Of a stretch of DNA of 64,000 bases, positions 56,764-64,000 are shown in pieces (position 1 is the first letter of the stretch; each line of letters starts with the position of its first letter). Source of the stretch: an uncultured Verrucomicrobiae bacterium (GTDB taxonomy: Bacteria; Chlamydiota; Chlamydiia; Chlamydiales; Rhabdochlamydiaceae); contig CAWDYW010000001.1 in NCBI GenBank assembly GCA_963806855.1, positions 544,001-608,000 on the forward strand, written 5' to 3'. A program made the position numbers and the translations under genes. The notes below the pieces were generated by a model. That model saw only the letters and a program-made list of their open reading frames with translations. It made no database searches and was not told the DNA's origin.

Positions 56764-59700
56764 TTATACCAACAGCTTCTTCACAGCAGCTTCGAACTCG
56801 GCCGGGTCTGCCACTTTGGGCATCGGATAGTTTTGTCTTTCCACCTCTTTGCCTTTTTGCTTTTCCGCTTTGAAGGTGAATTTCTCGAACTTGAGGAGGG
56901 TATACCCTTTCTGGGCGGCAAAAATCCGAAGCCGGGTCAGGTGGGTTAGCCAAATCACTTGTGGAGGGCAGGGGCCAAACCGGTCTTGCATCTCACGTAG
57001 AAGCTCGTCGGTCTCTTCGTCTGAGGTGGCCTCTCCCAAGCGATGGTAGAGTTCCATCCGGAGCGACTCTTCGCCGATATAGTCTTCTGGCAGTCGGGCG
57101 TCGAAGGCGAACTCCATCTTCGTTTCGATGAAGCTCGGAGCGCACTTCTTCTTCATCGCATCGATCGTCCGTTTGAGCAGTTTGCAGTAGAGGTGGAAGC
57201 CGATTGAGGTGATCTGTCCCGATTGCTTCTCGCCGAGGATGTCGCCGGCGCCGCGGATCTCGAGGTCGCGCATGGCGATTTTCATTCCGCCGCCGTAGCC
57301 TGACGATTCGACGAGGGCATGAAGCCGTTTGCTGGAGATTTCATTCAGCTCACGTCGCTGCGGGACGAGGAAGTAGGCATAGGCGGGACGGTTCCACCGC
57401 CCGACACGGCCTCGCAATTGATACAAGATCTGCCAGCCCAAAGGTGTCGGAGCGGTCGATGAAGATGGTGTTGGCATTGGGGATGTCGATTCCATTTTCG
57501 ACGATTGTCGTCGCCACGAGAATGTCGGCTTCTCCACTTTTGAAGCGGTGGAAGACCTGATCGAGTTCATCGGCCGACATTTGGCCGTGGCCGACGACGA
57601 TGCGGGCTTCGGGCAGCAGTTTTTGGAGCTCTTCGGCGACAAGATCGATGCTCTCGACCCGGTTATGGATGAAGAAGGCTTGCCCATCGCGCGAGAGTTC
57701 GCGGAGGAGCGCATTTTGGATGAGGCTGGGCTCCCGTTCGACGATGAGCGATTTGATGGGAAGGCGGTCTTGCGGCGGGGTATTGATGACCGAGACTTCG
57801 CGGGCGCCGATCAGGGAGAGATATAAGGTGCGGGGAATCGGCGTCGCCGAGAGGGTGAGGCAATCGACGCCGATTTTCAGCTTCTTGAGGTGCTCTTTCG
57901 CTCGGACGCCAAAGCGCTGCTCTTCGTCGATGATGATCAGGCCGAGATCTTTGAAGGAGACGTCGTTGCTGATGATCCGGTGGGTGCCGATCAGAATGTC
58001 GAGGTCGCCGGATTTGGCTTTTTCGATGTTTTCCCGGATCGGTTTTAGGCGGCAGGAAGCGGGAGACGACGCCGATCTTGACAGGGAAGTTGGCCATCCG
58101 CTCGCAGAAAGTCTCGTAGTGCTGCATGGCCAGAACGGTGGTCGGAACGAGGACGGCAACCTGCTTTTTCCCATCGACAACGGCTTTAAAGGCGGCCCGC
58201 ATGGCCACTTCGGTTTTTCCATAGCCCACATCGCCGCAGATCAGCCGGTCCATCGCCTTTTTTGATTGCATATCTTGCTTCGAGGCAGTTATGGCCAGAA
58301 GCTGGTCGTCGGTCTCGACAAAGGGGAAGTCGGTCTCAAAATTGAGCATCATCTCGGAGTCGGGGGGATACTCAAAACCTCCGTGGAGCTCCCGTTCGGC
58401 ATTGAAGCGGAGCATTTCTTCTGCGTAACCGATAATCGCGGTTTGGGCCTGCTGGCGCGCCTTCTGCCACCGCAGGGTCCCCAGTTGGCTTAAGGTAGGG
58501 ATTTCCTCTTTGGCGCCGATGTAGCGGGAGACGAGATAGCTCGAGGCGATCGGGACGAAGAGTTTGCTGCTTTCGGCATATGCGATGACCAAAAATTCCG
58601 ATTCAATCCCGAGATGGTTCTTCTGTTTTTCGATGCCTAGATATTTGCCTATCCCATTGTGAAAATGGACGACGAGATCGCCCGGCTTCAGTTCGTGGAA
58701 CTCGGCTGCTGGCGTATGGTAGGTGCTGCGCCATTTTTGTCGTCTGATCCGCAGCCGCTGGGTCAGCTCGGGCATGGGCAAATAGGCAAGCTGAGCATCG
58801 ACAACGGCAAAACCACTCGAGAGGTAGGCTCGCTCGAAGAGGGTCTTTTCGGGTAGGGTGATCTGGGCGTCTGTGATCATTTGCTTGAGTGTGCCCTCTT
58901 CCGATTCGGTCGCTGTAAGGAAATGGAGCGTTAGGCTGGTGGTTGCATAGCGGCCGATTCCCTGCAAAATCTCCTCGCGCGAAGAAGCGCTGAGCTCTTG
59001 AGAAGGGGAGAAAAAGTCGCTGATCGGCATGAATGGGGTGTTCCACCGCTTCGAATGAATTTTTTGCCCGAAGGCTTCAAATTCGATTGGCTGCAGAGGG
59101 TTTTTGCCACTGTAGAAAGATCGACCGAGTTTTTGTTTGATTTCGACCTCGGAGAGCTCTTCTAATTGTTCTTTGGCCCAGTAGAGCTTAGCCAAGTGTT
59201 TGCTTTGCTGAAATAATTCTTCTATGGTGGAAAAGAAACGGGATTTCGCGCCGGGGAGTCCCTTCAGACTAATATAGCGATCTTCAAGACTCAATAGATC
59301 ATCGAAAACCACGACCGTTTGGGGGCCTAAATAATCAAATAGGGTTGCCAGCTGCTTCTCTTCATCTAAAAGCTTTGGCTCGGAGGCGGGGCAGATGAAG
59401 ATCTGTTTCACCTTTTCGATCGATTTTTGGCCGATTGGATCGAAGGTGCGAATCGAGGCGATCTCATCGCCAAAGAATTCGACCCGAAAGGGCTCAGGAG
59501 CTGAGAGGGGAAAGATATCGAGGATGCCGCTTCGCAGAGCATATTGCCCTTTATCGGCCACCACCGGTTCTTTCCGATAGCCCAGCGCCTTCAAAAATTC
59601 ATCGAGGGCATCGAACGGGATCTCTTCTCCCACTTTCCATAGATTGCAGTTTGGCTTGAGTATTTGAGGGGAGGGGAGTTTCTGTAGGCAGGCCTGCAGC

Positions 59701-60043
59701 GGACTGAGGACAATGCGCGGCTCTTTGCTCGTTAGCAGATGGAAGAGAATTTCAAAACGGCGGCCGACGATATCGGGGCTCGGGGGGATCTCCTCGCCGG
59801 GCAGCGTCTCCCAGGCCGGAAATTCTAAAAAGTGGTTGATCCCAAAATAATCGAGATTGTCGGCGATCCGATTTTCACTCCGGTCAGAAGAGATGATGAG
59901 AATATTCTTCTTCGTCGCTTGAGCTAAGAGGGCGATGAGCGCTGCTTTGGGTCCATCCCACAGCCCTTCGACTGCGAGTGAATGCTCCGTTTTAGCGGCC
60001 TCAAAAAAATGGACAAGCTGAGGGCTTGCGAGTAATTCGGTAA

Positions 60044-60047
<4 letters not shown>
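56764..60047 (-). CDS. mfd: Transcription-repair coupling factor Mfd (two +1 frameshifts, near 58042 and 57426)
   Basis: UvrB-homology N-terminus, GDLVVH, DRLICGDVGYGKTEVA, DEEQRFG, LYQLRGRVGR, RDLEIRGAG spread over three frames. Confidence 0.93.
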
Positions 60048-62664
<2,617 letters not shown>

Positions 62665-62752
62665 AGGGCAATAGTTTAACCGCACAGATATTTCCTTGCA
62701 AGATTTTGCTTGAGCGGTAAAAATGTTACTTTTGTAAGATATTGAGGTCAGC

Positions 62753-64000
62753 ATGAACGAAGATGTAAAGAAGCAACTGAGCAAAATCGCCAATACCGTG
62801 CGGCAATTATCGATGGAGGCTGTCCAAAAAGCCGATTCGGGCCACCCGGGATTGCCGATGGGGTGCGCCGAATTCGCCGCCTATTTTTGGGGCCTTGAGC
62901 TGCGACACAATCCAAAAAACCCCAAATGGCTCGGCCGGGACCGGTTCGTCCTTTCTGCTGGCCACGGGTCGATGCTCCTCTATTCGATGCTCCATCTCTC
63001 CGGCTACAACCTCACCATGGATGACATCAAACAATTTCGGCAGCTCCACTCGAAGACACCAGGCCATCCTGAATACCATATGACCGAAGGGGTAGAGGCG
63101 ACCACTGGCCCCCTTGGCCAAGGAGTTGGAAATGCGGTAGGACAGGCCCTCGGACTGAAAATACTCGGCGCCAAATTCAATTCTGCCGATTTCCCTCTCT
63201 TCAATAATAAAGTCTTTTGTTTAGCAGGAGATGGATGCATCATGGAGGGGATCTCCTCTGAAGCCTCCTCGCTTGCAGGCCACCTACAGCTCGATAACTT
63301 AATTCTGATCTATGACTCCAATAAAGTTTGCCTCGACGGGGCCTTGCCCGAGTGCTGCTCCGAAGACACCAAAAAACGGTACGAAGCCTACGGCTGGGAA
63401 ACCTACGAAATCGACGGCTATGACTTCGATCAGATGGAAAAGACATTCGCCCACTTGCGGGCCCATCAGAAGCGGCCCGCCCTCGTCGTCATGCACACCA
63501 TCATTGGAAAAGGGTCTCCCCATAAAGCGGGCACCAGCAAAGCGCACGGCTCTCCGCTTGGCGTTGAAGAAGTAGAAGAGGTAAAGAAACTGCTCGGCCT
63601 TCCCGAAGAAAACTTCCTCGTGCCTCGTTCGATCTACACCTTCTTTGAGCAGCGGCTCGATAAATGCCAAGAGCTGGAGCAAAAATGGAAAGAGCTCTAC
63701 CGCCGTTTCGCCGAACTCAAACCTGATCTGGAGAAAGAGTTTTCCCTCATGGTTGAGAAAAAACTTCCCCCCGATCTCGAGCAAAAATTGCATGATGTCA
63801 AAATCAAAAGCCCGATCGCTGGCCGTTCTGCTTCTCAAGACGTCCTGAATGCCCTCGGCGATATCTTCCCGTTCCTCGTTGGAGGCTCCGCCGATCTTTC
63901 TGGATCAGATCGAACCATGATGACCAAATTCCCTCTCATCGCTCCAGGCAAATTCAATGGCCGCAACATCAAGTATGGTGTCCGCGAATTTGCGATGGCA
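62753..64000 (+). CDS. tkt: Transketolase, 3'-partial
   Basis: Read directly: AVQKADSGHPGLPMG, DRFVLSAGHGS, TTGPLGQG, GDGCIMEG, GGSADL, YGVREFAM; runs off the window. Confidence 0.96.
   Translation, partial: MNEDVKKQLSKIANTVRQLSMEAVQKADSGHPGLPMGCAEFAAYFWGLELRHNPKNPKWLGRDRFVLSAGHGSMLLYSMLHLSGYNLTMDDIKQFRQLHSKTPGHPEYHMTEGVEATTGPLGQGVGNAVGQALGLKILGAKFNSADFPLFNNKVFCLAGDGCIMEGISSEASSLAGHLQLDNLILIYDSNKVCLDGALPECCSEDTKKRYEAYGWETYEIDGYDFDQMEKTFAHLRAHQKRPALVVMHTIIGKGSPHKAGTSKAHGSPLGVEEVEEVKKLLGLPEENFLVPRSIYTFFEQRLDKCQELEQKWKELYRRFAELKPDLEKEFSLMVEKKLPPDLEQKLHDVKIKSPIAGRSASQDVLNALGDIFPFLVGGSADLSGSDRTMMTKFPLIAPGKFNGRNIKYGVREFAMA

Overview
Chromosomal window from an environmental member of the Chlamydiota (inferred from hctA/Hc1, chlamydial-type AMP nucleosidase, Cys-rich outer-membrane barrels and Inc-like proteins). 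Core genes (hctA, rlmD, yajC, htpG, nadE, epmA, efp, amn, mfd, alaS, tkt) surround an accessory region at about 23-56 kb. That region holds three tandem lipoproteins that also carry a C-terminal TM helix (u-spanin/SNARE-like topology), a nine-gene co-oriented cluster (unknown protein, hscC, ankyrin, J-domain/ankyrin, immunity-like genes, two RlaP-type nucleotidyltransferases), a tandemly duplicated YVTN beta-propeller + beta-barrel gene pair with a group II intron 3' remnant at the junction, a Gly-rich autotransporter, an RNA ligase and two DUF4116 repeat proteins. Several gene blocks are flanked by direct repeats, and several 100-170 bp palindromic (MITE/RPE-like) elements lie between genes. 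mfd and alaS each carry two +1 frameshifts that are probably assembly errors. No rRNA, tRNA or CRISPR array was seen. Family calls come from motif recognition by eye; no database searches were run.
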